This document shows positions 1 to 12,971 of a stretch of DNA of 64,000 bases, piece after piece (positions within the stretch are counted from its first letter, which is position 1; each line of letters starts with the position of its first letter). The stretch is from Antedon mediterranea. Its lineage: Eukaryota; Animalia; Echinodermata. The position numbers and the translations under genes are program-made. The stretch lies in assembly GCF_964355755.1 (NCBI RefSeq), contig NC_092676.1:26802871-26866870 (forward strand), in the 5' to 3' direction. Below the pieces are notes generated by a model. The model worked only from the letters and a program-made list of their open reading frames with translations, was not told the origin of the DNA and ran no database searches.

Positions 1-2945
1 TTATTTTTCAGAGGGGACAATACATTTTTAATTTAAACATTCATTTATTTAATATTTCCTTTTTGATTGATACAAACGTCTTCCTGTGGGAAACATAATC
101 TTTTCTATTGGTATTTTTAATCCATGTAAAGGAAATCTTATATGAAATGATCCTGTTGGAAGAACCAATATCAGATTGGGAAAACACCTACTTGTGGTGA
201 ATTGCTTCGCCCCTTTAAGTACATTACTCTAACCTTACAATACTTAGTGTTGTATATTCTTGTACAGTCGCTCCATAATCTCTTTGTTTTCTTCCATATA
301 TCTTTAATCTTAAAATGTTTTTTTTACTAACAATTTTATTATTTTATTTATTTGTCACTTTATGTACACGTCAACTAACGATCAAATAACAGTTTTCTCA
401 TCGCAACTTGTAAAAATTAATTTAGAAAACTATTACCATTTTTCAATAAACATACACATCATACTAGGCCTACATACATTTCTACCCTAACACAATTTTT
501 CAAAACTTTCTATTATTTAAAAGTCGAAGATAGCCAGGTCTCGGATCCATTCTATTGTCGCCACAGATTGATATCTTCATCAGTACTTCTATGAATGGAT
601 GGGAACGCTAGTTGATCATACCCAGTACCGTTTTGATCGTACGATTAATCGGGGAAACCACCTCACGACGATTATAGGGAGAACTGCAATCACTATTATT
701 AATATTGTTTATTGAACTTCAACATCCAAATTACTAGAACATAGCAACAAAAAATGCTGAATTGAGTTCAAATTTACATTAAAAACATTAAAAGGTAAAA
801 AGTAGGCCTACAATAAATATAAAAATATAAATTCATCACAATACCCCTATATAGATATATACAAAAGGCAAGCATTCATTCATAATAATTTAATTTAATG
901 ACTATATAACCAAAGAAAAAACAACAAAACACTTGTTCAAGTTTGGTAGGTTGATCGCAGTTATCATAATTGCTAACCCCAAAAATTTCCCACTACTGCG
1001 TAAAAATGTATAACATGGTATAAACGTAGATCTTAAGCACAACCAACAGTGAAGTCTACTGATATTAAGTATCCGTCAATGATGGGCAAGCGTCTTCAGA
1101 AGAAGACGGCTACAATTGGACAGTACCAGTAACCTACCAGTATTATTTGAAAAACAAAGTAGCGGTTGCTACAAAAATATTTTCTTCTTTAATTTCAGCT
1201 ATAAACCAATCTTAGTAGTAGGCTCACTTGAACCCTGGACAATAAGAAGGGATGGCAAGAGCAAAGCTACAACATCCTTTCGTCCCTTTAATACTCATGA
1301 TCACTCCTCATCCTACCATGAATAGGCGTACTTAGATGTACACTTATGTAAACTAATTACTATTATAACTTTCGATATTGGATATTTAATTATTGTGAGA
1401 AAATGTGGTACGTACCAAGAGTGAATTTGTGTTAGTGGAGTACTCTGAGTGAACATCAGTCCAAATAAGGTCATGGAAATATTTCTGAACAGGGCACTCA
1501 AGATTATTTTCCCATTTGAGTGATGGAAGCTGATTGGGGAATATCCCTACTCACTGTACTACAACAACTAGGCCTACAACTTAGCTGTCTACTTTGGAAA
1601 TTTACTAATGTAAAATAGTTTGTACCACTGATAGTTGGAGAGTTAGGTACAGTTAGGTTAACATTTAGCCTAGATACTGTATTATTCTAAACACAATGTT
1701 GGGGCTGGAAAAAAGCTTAAGTTAAAAATCTTCCAGAATTTACAATAACAATTGCAGGTGAATATACCTGGTGACACACCTGGGAATGGTATAAATTGAA
1801 CAATCATACCATAGGTGAAAATAAAATATATCAACAATTGGAGATTTTTCTTCAGTCTGATGAGATATTCTCAACAAATCGTAAAAGGTGAAAACAGGTG
1901 CCAGCGAAAATTTGGGGAGATGCTCAAAGGGAACAGATTTACTGTAATTATTATGATTTAGTATCCAAATATGTTAAACTTTATATTGTATACCAATTAA
2001 TTGTGATTTACTGGTTATTTTTCTGTCTAAATTTCAATCCTATGTGTTATAAAATTCAGAAGTAATAAACATGGAGTCATGGGTTTTTTTTTTTTTTAGT
2101 TTGAGGTGATTTGTCCCAGAGGAGGGGTGTACATTGCATTGGTAATTTTCTTTTGCACTGTATTTTTCTAAAGTACAGAAAGCAACTAAAAGTTAATTAG
2201 AAAAACTACAAACAAATATTGTCTTGGTTGGTGTTCAGTTTATGATTTATATTAACAACAATTCATTCTGTTTTTATCAATGTCAAATTACAATTAAAAT
2301 TTAAAACAATAAACAGAGGAATGTATTGCACAATAAGAACCCTATCCTTGCAAATAAAAAGACACCAGAGGGAATTAAAACTTTAGGGATTATAAATGAC
2401 TTTTTAATTGAAGGCTCACGGCCACTAATTAAGAATTTATAGGGATTTATATAAGCTGTCAAAACTAGTTTAAACTGATGGTTAATTATTCAACAAAACT
2501 TTGGTATTAATACTTTTTTTGTAAGATTTTGTTATTGCTTTTTCTGTTAACAATAGACTAAAAAAACAGTATAATGTTTAGTCATTGTAAACAGTCTAAT
2601 TAAAATTAATTAATTATTCAACGGCTGGTTATTGCTTGGTGAAATAAGTACCATAATACTAATATAGATATCCCAGGATTACAGGCATGATTGGCCACAA
2701 TTTCTGATTCAAATCTTAATGGGGTCAAAGAAAAACCAAAATTTGCTTTTTTGACAGGTATTTGTATACTGTAGAACATACCTCTTCTTACAAAGATTTG
2801 TCCCAGAGGGCTCAGTACACAAATCACAAATACAACAAGATATATTTCTTACACAAAACGCTGTTCGACTTTTTGACGTAACAGTTTTAATTATTGTTCT
2901 TTCTTCATTAAATGATGCTTTTTTTTATATTTATTTTCTATTTAA

Positions 2946-3072
2946 TAACTTTTTTTCTGGCTGTTTTACTTATCGTTTTGATTTAGCTTTTCGCTTTTTT
3001 TTTGTATCTCCATTGAGATCCAGCCACTGATACCCACAGCATTGTCATTTTTTCAGTAATTTTCCTTTGGAT
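2946..3072 (+). mobile_element. Copy of the Penelope-like pLTR family lacking the hammerhead
   Basis: Reverse complement of 31494-31622 (ctggctg..atcgttttgatttagcttttcgc..tgtatctccattgagatccagccactgatacccacagcattgtc..tttggat). Confidence 0.75.
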
Positions 3073-3776
3073 CTATTTAATGATTTAAAAAATAATGATT
3101 TGTTATCAATTATTTTTGTTTAGTTAATAGTAACATTTTGTGTAACTTAAATATAGTCTGAAATAAACAAATTCCATGCCATACTGTACGGAACTAAAAG
3201 ATAATCCTAAAAAATATAGTACTGTATATACTCCAGGTAGGGGCATAGTGACCCACATACCCCAATATTCCAGTAAACAACATTTCAAATTTTCCAGCAG
3301 CTAAAAAAAGGCGAGGCACGAAAAAATGTATACCTCTCCAAACCCAGCAAAGCAAGTTATCCCAGATAAAAAAGCATCCATTAAATTTAGTTCTAGCCTT
3401 GTGTAGAAGTACCATTCTATATAACATTAAACTGGACCATTTTGGAAAGCAGTACTGCGTTACTGAAAATGCAATCCAGTCAAAAGAAAGAATAAATAAA
3501 TAAAATTAAACACATTTTGGAAAACTTCTTTTTTTAGGTTTGCAATTTTACAAGTCTCATAAAAAATGGTGTTACATTGGATCTTTTCAAATATTACAAA
3601 CCTGTGGCCTGAAGCAACAAACTAAGAACCAAAACTAGCCTTGAATATTATTTTATTGCAATCATTGAGAACAATTAGGTATAGAAATCTACTCATTCAT
3701 AGTGCGGTGACAATGGCCAGATTCCACGAAACATATGTTATTACCTAGAATGATAGATAATTAAGTAAGACCCTTA

Positions 3777-3850
3777 AGCTGTCTACATCAAACTTTATGC
3801 AACAAAAAATGTATATCACTACCGTATTTGGGCATAGTGTAGACAGAGCT
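3777..3850. mobile_element. Harbinger-like MITE family A, internally deleted
   Basis: agctgtctaca...gtgtagacagagct, TTA TSD. Confidence 0.65.
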
Positions 3851-4054
3851 TTACCAAACTTTACTGAAAAAGAAGCCATACTAAAAATGGCACAATATCC
3901 AACATGATCATAATGATTTTGAACACAGAACTAGGAACAAACAATCCGTAGCTTGTCAAAGTGTATAGATGAATATGTGAATTTTTGTTGTGAACTCATA
4001 AAAAAATGGTGTTACATTAAATCTAAAGTTTAAATTATTAGACTCCTGGCTTAA

Positions 4055-4626
4055 AGCCCCCTTCCCTACGTTTTTTAGATCTAATTTAAGATCACTATCT
4101 ATATTTAATGTAAAAATAATACTATATGGTCCTATTGCGATAACTTTTTTCGTCTTTAAACGGTTAAAAATGTGAAAAATAAGTTGATTCTAATAATTAT
4201 AGCGGCCCGCTATAAATCCCAAAATGCATTGCGCGCGGATTGATATTTTTGTTTTTCACCTGTAATTCGCCCACTTTTCGATCGATCGTGAGGCCAAAAC
4301 AAATGGAAGACTCCTAACTTTTTAGCGAAAATACCGGGTTTTCCCCAATTTGTATTAACGGAGTATATAGCTAGCGTATGATGTTCGTACGTTACCGATG
4401 TTTACCAGCTAGGCCTATAAAACTAAGCCTAGCTAGGCTAGGCCTAAGACCGTCCACGAGAGGTCGATCGCCGCGAGCTACTTAGGTAGTGCATTGTTTC
4501 TCACTTTTTATCATAATTTACCATAAAACGTACATTTAAGACAAGAAATGACATGGTTTAATGTTTTTAAAGTGATATATATGTATTATTTTCCAAAAAA
4601 CGTCCAAAATTGCAGGGAAGGGGTCT
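4055..4626. mobile_element. Non-autonomous DNA transposon (MITE), Kolobok-like, TTAA TSD
   Basis: TIR AGCCCCCTTCCCT / AGGGAAGGGGTCT; TTAA on both sides; a paralogous empty site near 3605-3630. Confidence 0.8.
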
Positions 4627-5035
4627 TTAAAGAAACAAACTAAGAACCAAAAACTAGCCTTGAACATTATTTGTTCAGCGCTTAAGAGGTTTCACAACGT
4701 TATATAAATGCAGGATATTATTATTATTATTATTTTATTCCAATCATTGAATTAAACAAGGTATAGAAATCTACTTATTCATGATGACAATAACCGGATT
4801 CTATGAAACATATATTATTACCTAGAATGATAGATTTAGAATACATTGTATTGTAACAATAAACAATAACTATATCAGAATGCCATCTTATTTGAAGAAA
4901 GTATAACGCTGTAATTAAATGTATTGGGTATTGTAACTGGATCCCAAGAAGAAAAAAAAGTTTACACACTTTGATGGAAAATTCTTTAAAATTGTTGTTT
5001 TTTTACTGAATACAATTCGTTAAATGAGACATTTG

Positions 5036-5246
5036 AGCCCTGTCTACGCTATCAAACCTTATTTGACAACAAAATGTGATGTGCCCATATATGGAATTGT
5101 CATATTTATCAATCTTTATTTTTCATGTTTTTGGGGGACAATACATCTTTAAGCTGTCAAACTTTGTGACAAAAATGTGATGTGCCCATATATATTGGGC
5201 ACATCACACTTTTTTGTCAAACTAGTTTGATAGTGTAGACAGAGCG
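5036..5246. mobile_element. Harbinger-like MITE family A, composite/rearranged; duplicated at ~7817-7988
   Basis: Two left-end-like segments and one right TIR. Confidence 0.6.
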
Positions 5247-8200
5247 TTACCAAAACCTTACTAAAATAATAAGCTACCGTATACTAAAAATGGCACTAAA
5301 ACAAAATATCCAACATGATCAAAATGATATAATAAGGAATACATCAAGTTAGATAATTTGTATTTTTCAGTTTGTAAATATTCATTAACTTACCTCTTTC
5401 CTCAGATTTTGAACACAAAATTAGGAACAAACAACCCGTAGCTTGTCAAAGTGTATAGACGAATATGTTGTTTTGTTTTATTAATATACAGCTGTTTGCA
5501 TTAATTTGACTAATGCTTTTTACTATAGTTAATTGATCGATTCCATCTGGCAAAGATTACGAAATAATAGTAGGTCTAGCGTTTGGTGTTTAATGTATGT
5601 GGCTCAAAATATACATTGGAAGTCCTCAATTTAACCATCCAGGAATGACAATGTTGTTTTTTTTTTCAAAATAAAGATTCTTTTAAGTACACATGATATA
5701 TTAAAATGGTTACATAACAGTTATTCAAATTTTACTCAATATCTCAATTTACAATTATTAATAATTATCTCTGAATATCCTACGTTTTAATTTGGTTTAT
5801 AATGCTAAAAAGGGATGTATCAATTTGATCTTTGTTGCATACATACGGTAGGTCTACATACATCAGAAACCAGTTTAGAATATGTCGCATATTATAAAAA
5901 TATTGCAGACAATACCGACACACAGAAATGCAATTTGCAATCATTTAAATGACTATAAAGCTTTACACCTTCTGTTTATATGTTGTATTATTAATTCTCA
6001 ATCCACGTAATGTATGTAAGTTTAATGCAGGTTGCAGGCTTGCATTTAAAGCAAAAACTGGCAAAATTTACTTGTTCTAAAAAGAAGAATGTTTAGCATA
6101 ATGGCTGAGGAATGAACCTCATTCCTTGGTGCTTCTCACATTTGTGGTTTGTAAGTGTATGGTCATTTCAAGGCAAGACATCTTTCTCCAACCACTTATC
6201 ACGATAGGCCAATTAAACCCAAGAAATCAACACATACTAAAACTACTTTTACAAGATGAACCTTACAGGCCTAGGCTTGTGAATACAAATTGAAACTTCC
6301 AATCAACATTATTTACTGTTTGTTGAAGGATTAGTTGATATTTGAAAAACCTCCTGGGAGAATGTATGTCGATTACTATTACCCAGACATTTCAATTCAA
6401 GTGTAAATGGGATTCTTTTGTGAAAGGTGTTCTACTTTCAGTTTTGAATTCATCACGCATATATTAATCCCCTTTCGTTTTATTTGCTTAGTTTGATTAA
6501 CAACATTCCATAATGACGTATATTTAAAGGGTCTATTCTTTAAAAATTCTGTTTGAATTGCCCTCTAGATTAAAAAAAACCCATTGCAATACGTTTAAGA
6601 TTGACACATCACCACGGATGGACAAGTAGTAGGACTATCATATTGCATTTTTTTAGTGCAAATAATAGCGTATGAATTTAACTTTTTTTCATTTGGGCAA
6701 ATCATTTTACATATTGTTAGAGGGCTAAAGGTATGAGGAGGTAGGCCTAGTCTAGGCTCACCGGCGTAGCTGGCCTAGGTCCTAGGCCTCCCAAGATGTT
6801 TTTTTCTGTTGATTTCTTGAAACATTTTTATACTAAAACTCTTATTTTGTTTTTTAACTAATAAAATTCATTAAAATAAGACCCTTAAGCTATGTCTACA
6901 CTATCAAACTTTTTACTTGTAACATGTGATCTGTACTACGTTTTCAATAATAAATCGTAAACATGTGAAATGCAATCTGGACGTCAAAATGCATAAACAA
7001 AATCGGTATGATGGGTGTATTGATGTTGGGCTACACAAAAGATGCGACAAAAAAAAAACTGTCTATTCATGAATATACAAAACATACCTAGATTTTATGA
7101 AGAGCCTCATCAGCAGTATATATGCCTACATGCCTAGATGTAGCCCCTTAAATAAGGATGAGCTTAACATGATCCAAAAAATATGAACCTATTCACTCCA
7201 GCAAAACTTTCAGCACCCATTTTGGCTGCTATTTGTTGTACTGTAAATTGCTTGCACATTTAAACAGATCAAGCCATTCAAACTCACCTTTTTGTTTTTT
7301 CTTTTGGCGATATAGGCTAGTACACTATATTAACACTGGCATCAACTTGGAAGACACCAATGTGAGTTGTAATGCATCAAACTTAGTTGTGTTGTGTAAG
7401 TGTTGTTTTGGGTTTGTTTATGTGTTACTCGGTCATAAGGTAAATATTTGACATAGTTGTTTTTACAAGTCTCACAAAAAATGGTGTTACATTGGATCTT
7501 TTCAAATATTACAAACTCGTGGCCTGAAGCGACAAACTAAGAACCAAAACTAGCCTTGAATATTATTTTATTTCAATCATTGAGAACAATTAGGTATACA
7601 TATTATGTTATTACCTAGAATGATGGATTTAGAATACAACAAACAATAACTATATCAAAATGCCATCTTATTTGAAGAAAGTATAACGCTGTAATTAAAT
7701 GTATTGTGTATTGTAACTGGATCCCAAAAAGAAAAAAAAAGTTTACACACTTTGATGGAAAATTCTTTAAAATTGTTGTTTTTTTACTGAATAAAATTCG
7801 TTAAATGAGACATTTGAGCCCTGTCTACGCTATCAAACTTTATTTGACAACAAAATGTGATGTGCCCATATATGGAAATGTCATATTTATCAATCTTTAT
7901 TTTTCATGTTTTTGGGGGACAATACATCTTTAAGCTGTCAAACTTTGTGACAATAATGTGATGTGCTCATATATATTGGGCACATCACAACAATAAAGGT
8001 ATGAGGAGGTAGGCCTAGTCTAGGCTCACCGGCGTAGCTGGCCTAGATCCTAGGCTAGGCCTCCCAAGATGTTTTTTTCTGTTGATTTCTTGAAACATTT
8101 GTATACTAAAACTCTTATTTGTTTTTTAACTAATAAAATTCATTAAAATTTAAGCAATGTCTACACTATCAAACTTTTTACTTGTAAAATGTGATCTGTG

Positions 8201-9013
8201 CTACATTTTCAATAATAAATCGTAAACATGTGAAATGCAATCTGGACGTCAAAATGCATAAACAAAATCGGTATCATGGGTGTATTGATGTTGGGCTACA
8301 CAAAAGATGCGACAAAAAAAAACTGCCTATTCATGAATATACAAAACATACCTAGAATTTATGAAGAGCCTCATCAGCAGTATATATGCCTACATGCCTA
8401 GATGTATCCCCTTAAATAAGGATGAGCTTAACATGATCCAAAAAATATGAACCTATTCACTCCAGCAAAACTTTCAGCACCCATTTTGGCTGCTATTTGT
8501 TGTACTGTAAATTGCTTGCAGATTTAAACAGATCAAGCCATTCAAACTCACCTTTTTGTTTTTTCTTTTGGCGATATAGGCTAGTACACTATATTAACAC
8601 TGGCATCAACTTGGAAGACGAAGGATTGCAATAGAACACCAATGTGAGTTGTAATGCATCAAACTTAGTTGTGTTGTGTAAGTGTTGTTTTGGGTTTGTT
8701 TATGTGTTACTCGGTCATAAGGTAAATATTTGACATAGTTGTTTTTTGGAAAAGGTTAGTTATATCAATCATCTTCATTTTATTCATAGATAGACTTGTC
8801 TTAACTTAAATAAATAAATAATTTTGAGGCAAGTTTTGCATAGCTGACCAGGTGAGCTAGATTGCAGTTTAGAACAATAAGCTACTACACAATTTGCATA
8901 GGATGAATGTAAGAACAATGAAAATGGAAGAACAATGAAAATGGTAGAACTGCTGTATGCAGTCTAGACAAGTTAGGAAGAAGCATTCAATATAAGTATT
9001 TGCTACAGGATAG

Positions 9014-9548
9014 CTTAGCCAACCAATGCATCACAGGATAGTTGATTTAAGGTAGGCTAGGTTCAAGTTGTATGCCATAGGGCTAGCCAACCAAAGCACC
9101 ACAGGATAGTTGATGTAAGGTAGGCTAGGTTCAAGTTGTATGCCATATAGTCTAGGACCTGGGTCAGATTTGTATGCATTTAATTTAGGAGAGAATATCT
9201 CAACTGTTATAGGATAATTTGACCCCAAGGAACAACATGGGATATGTGCCAAATATTCATTTTTTGTATAAAAGTAATCAAAATATGCACATTTTCCATA
9301 CAATTAGCTTCATAATTAAAAATGTTCAATACAAGTTGGGAAGCAATGGGCATGTTCGCCCCGGATAGCAAATTTGGCACATATCCCATGTTGTTCCTTG
9401 GGGTCAAATTATCCTATGACAGTTGAGATTCTCTCCTAAATTAAATGCATACAAATCTGACCCAGGTCATAGAGTAATAGGGCAAGCCAACCAAAGCACC
9501 AAAGGATAGTTGATGTAAGGTAGGCTAGGTTCAAGTTGTATACTATAG
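9014..9548. repeat. 68-bp tandem repeat (3 copies) split by the MITE
   Basis: agccaaccaaagcaccacaggatagttgatgtaaggtaggctaggttcaagttgtatgccatag units. Confidence 0.8.
9148..9476. mobile_element. Foldback MITE with ~105-bp TIRs and a 3-bp (ATA) TSD, Academ-like termini
   Basis: 9148-9253 is the inverted complement of 9372-9476; it interrupts a 68-bp tandem repeat at gcc-ata-ggg and duplicates ATA. Confidence 0.75.
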
Positions 9549-9584
9549 TTGAGACCTAAATGCCCATGTAGATCTCACTCATTC

Positions 9585-9917
9585 TCAGTCTTCTGCACAT
9601 TTCTGCGCAAATACTTCTGCACATTGCAGCCCCAATTTTTGCACATTGCAGCCCCAGTCTTCTGAACATTACAGTTTACAGCCCCAGTCTTCTGCAGATT
9701 GCAGGCCCAGTCTTCTGAACATTTCTGCGCAAATACTTGTGCACATTGCAGCCCAGTATTCTGCAGATTGCAGACCCAGTCTTCTAAACATTACCGCCCC
9801 AGTCTTTCTGCACATTGCAGCCCCAGTCTTTTTGCACATTGCAGCCCCAGTCTTCTGTACATTACAGCCCCAGTCTTTCTGCACATTGCAGCCTGAGTCT
9901 TCTGTACATTACAGCCT
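9585..9917. repeat. Degenerate 22-24 bp minisatellite
   Basis: gcagccccagtcttctgcacatt units. Confidence 0.9.
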
Positions 9918-11448
9918 AAATGATTTTGACCATGGGCGATTCTTTATTTGCTTTATTCTGTATGACATATGTGTGACCTGGATTATCGATGAAATTGCAA
10001 TAAAATCCTCTACCCCCACCTTTTGAAGAGAGAAAGGAATGTACAGTGTGTTATTATGTTAAATTCTACAGTAGACATTTAAGATTTTGTTTAGGGTGCT
10101 TTCTGGTTGAAGTATTGGGTGTTGAACTGTGTAGAGTTCAGTAAACTTTGTTACTAACCTTGACAACATTTCAACCAAGACAGCTCTCTAAATCTGTCAC
10201 AGTGCCCTCTATAGTTTATAAGATTTACCCCTCGATTCAGCTACCATATTTTACATTTTTAAATTGCAATAGTATTTCATCAACTAGCATGAATGGAATT
10301 GTTTCACAAATTCTTTTTACTCATTTTTGTAAAGAAAAAAAATTTTCAGAAATAAAATTTGTTTATCAATATTTAGTTTGTACACTTTGACGTTAGATAT
10401 ATTACAATATGGCACAATTTGTTCTTCTTTTCTTTTTATTGTGTATTTTATTATCTGCAACAAACTTTTAAGCCATGTTTCACATAATTAAATTGCTATA
10501 TTTACTCAGTAGAACAGTGTATTAAACCTATATACATCATGGCAATATTACAGAATCTCTTTAAAATTTAATTAAATTTAAAAGCTATAACAATATTACA
10601 GGTACCATGTAAAGTTTATTAAATCATCTTTTGGTTGTTAAACTACAAATCTAATTTATGTATGTAGTTACATATTACAGATTTACAATTAAAATGGTAG
10701 GTCATATAATAATAACTCATAATAATATGTTATTCAATCATCAAAATGTCTTAATATTTTTTTGAATTTTTTATTCAGAAAATCTAGTATTATCTTATTA
10801 TATTTATCTACTACTGCTAAAATAACAGGTTTCTACAGACATTCGGTGGTCATTCACTTCATTTTAACATTTGTAATATACTGCTTTTTTTAATTGAACG
10901 ATAACCATCAAATTTTAATGGTAACCAATGGTAATTGAGTTACTGGCAGCCTGAAAATAATGATTTTAACACCCGATTTGATGTTAGAACGCCATTTAGC
11001 CTGTTAACGACCAATCGCAAATTTAAACAGTTATTCGGGAGCAGAACAGAAAAATTACAATTTTTAAATAAACGGTTTATTCATAATTTTGCGTGAGAAA
11101 TAGACCCACGATGTACACCTGACAGCACATGTGTGGCTTGCAAAAATGAACTTGTTACTAGCAATGCTGTAGGTAACCACCATGCTTGCTTGTTGCACAT
11201 GTAAAGATATCAAAAACGAAACACTTACTCAGCCAATCAAAGTTATTATTAAAGTGGTCATGTGGTTGGCGTCAGTGAGGATTAAGGATGGGTGGAGGTA
11301 TTGTTACAAACTAAACCTATTGTTTTTATAGAAGAATGAGATCTTTTTTTAGGAACTTCCTTGTTTTCAATTGTTTTAATACCCTTGGAATTTCCCAATA
11401 AAGGAACTCCGAAATTGTACATTGTTTAACAATTTTTTCACATATTAA

Positions 11449-12145
11449 AACAAGCACGAATGTGCAATACTCGGGGTACAGCGAAAGAAGCTGTAATGAC
11501 GTCATAAGACCGGATGTAACGTCACATACACATCAATAACCGCGCTACCAAATACGGCTATACGGTAGGGTACCATCTTCGAGACGTGATATGGCTGCAT
11601 CCGGTTTGAATTTAAAAAATCCGGCTCTATAGCTTTGAGGACATGTCCCTGTAGTATATTCATGCTAAATCCGAGCTCAATACTACAACGAATAATAAGG
11701 GAGGAGTAGTACTTTAAAAATCGCACCTTTTACTCAATAGTGTCCAGATGGAGGAAGAGGAGGAGAAAATGAGTAAGTCCTAGACTCGGGTACCCCGAGT
11801 AAAAAGCACGAATGTGCGATACTCGGGGTACAGCAAATGAAGCTGTAATGACGTCATAAGACGGGATGTGACGTCACATACACAACAATAACCTACCAAA
11901 TACGGCTATATGGTACCATCTTCGAGACGTCATATGGCTGCATCCGGTTTGAAATTTAAAAATCCGGCTCTATAGATTTGAGGACATGTCCCTGTAGTAT
12001 ATTCATGCCAAATCCCAGCTCAATACTACAACTAATAAGGGAGGAGTAGTACTTTAAAAATCACACTTTTTACTCAATAGTGTCCAGATGGAGGAAGAGG
12101 AGGAGAAAATGAGTAAGTCCTAGACTCAGGTACCCCGAGTAAAAA
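11449..12145 (-). mobile_element. Two head-to-tail Helentron-associated (HINE/DINE-1-like) elements, ~345 bp each
   Basis: On the minus strand: T-run, 5' subTIR with adjacent inverted repeat (actcggggtac/ccgagt), 3' subTIR gtaccccgagt, terminal hairpin gcacattcgtgc, no TSD. Confidence 0.7.
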
Positions 12146-12836
12146 TAGCTGACTACTAGGTAAATACAGTGACGTAATGTAAAGACCTGAGGTTTAAAAA
12201 CAATACTAATCACGAAGGAATGATATAGAGCATTGTATTTTTATGGTAATATTGTAAACTGTCATTAAGCCCTCCAATGCTAGCCATTTATCCTTTCTCG
12301 ACATACTTTAATGTCTGTTTTTTCCACTTTAGCCAGTGAGTGCTCATAGCTGTTACGCCACTGGGTAAATATAAACGTTCTTACAATTAGCCACTTTATT
12401 TTTTCTTGGCCTAAACTGCTGTCGTTTTAAACTTTGTTTTGTCTTGAAAGTAAATTATTTGGTATTTGGCACATGATTCAGGAGGGGGCTTCCCAAATCT
12501 AGCCCGTAAAAAATTACTTTCGATATAACTAAACATTCTCTAAACCTGTTTTGTTAGTTATGTTTACTTCTATACTTGAATATCCGTGACAACCATTGTT
12601 ACTGCATGTTGATATAAGTTAGAATGACATTTTATGTGTTTTTAGGCAAACTTCAAAGCATTGTATACAATTAAAGAAACTTGTTAATTTTCCACTAATT
12701 TAGGGTCTTAAAAGGCTCACGAACCAGTATAGTCCCAATTGTTATACTGTACTTCTTTCGTCTTTCCGGGCCAAAGCCAGCAACTGTACAAAATGGAAAA
12801 AATAGACCTTACAGTCTACACTAAACAAATTCATTA

Positions 12837-12971
12837 AGCTGTCTACACTATCAAACTAGTTTGACAAGAAAGTGTGACATGCCCAAATATGGTAGTGATA
12901 TACCCAAATATGGTAGGGCACATTTTTTTGTCACATAAAGTTAGATAGTGTAGACCGGGGTGTAGACAGCT
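12837..12971. mobile_element. Harbinger-like MITE family A
   Basis: Same TIRs, TTA on both sides. Confidence 0.75.

Larger units (their letters stand above)
3549..8746. repeat. Mosaic local duplications
   Basis: 6726-7464 matches 7994-8746 (near identical); 7465-7990 is a composite of ~3549-3680 and ~4810-5208; 3549-3977 matches 3995-5467 (older). Confidence 0.85.

Noticed and set aside
525-590. CTGATGA followed by a gaagata/tatcttc stem on the minus strand
   Set aside because: Followed by GACT instead of GAAA, so the hammerhead core is incomplete
2640-2725. Hydrophobic TM-like translation (LWPIMPVILG/ISILVLW) on the minus strand
   Set aside because: Needs a frameshift and does not fit the domain order of the neighbouring remnants; hydrophobic runs arise easily in T-rich DNA
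9646-10026. Overlapping ORFs of 65-126 aa
   Set aside because: Mostly minisatellite translation
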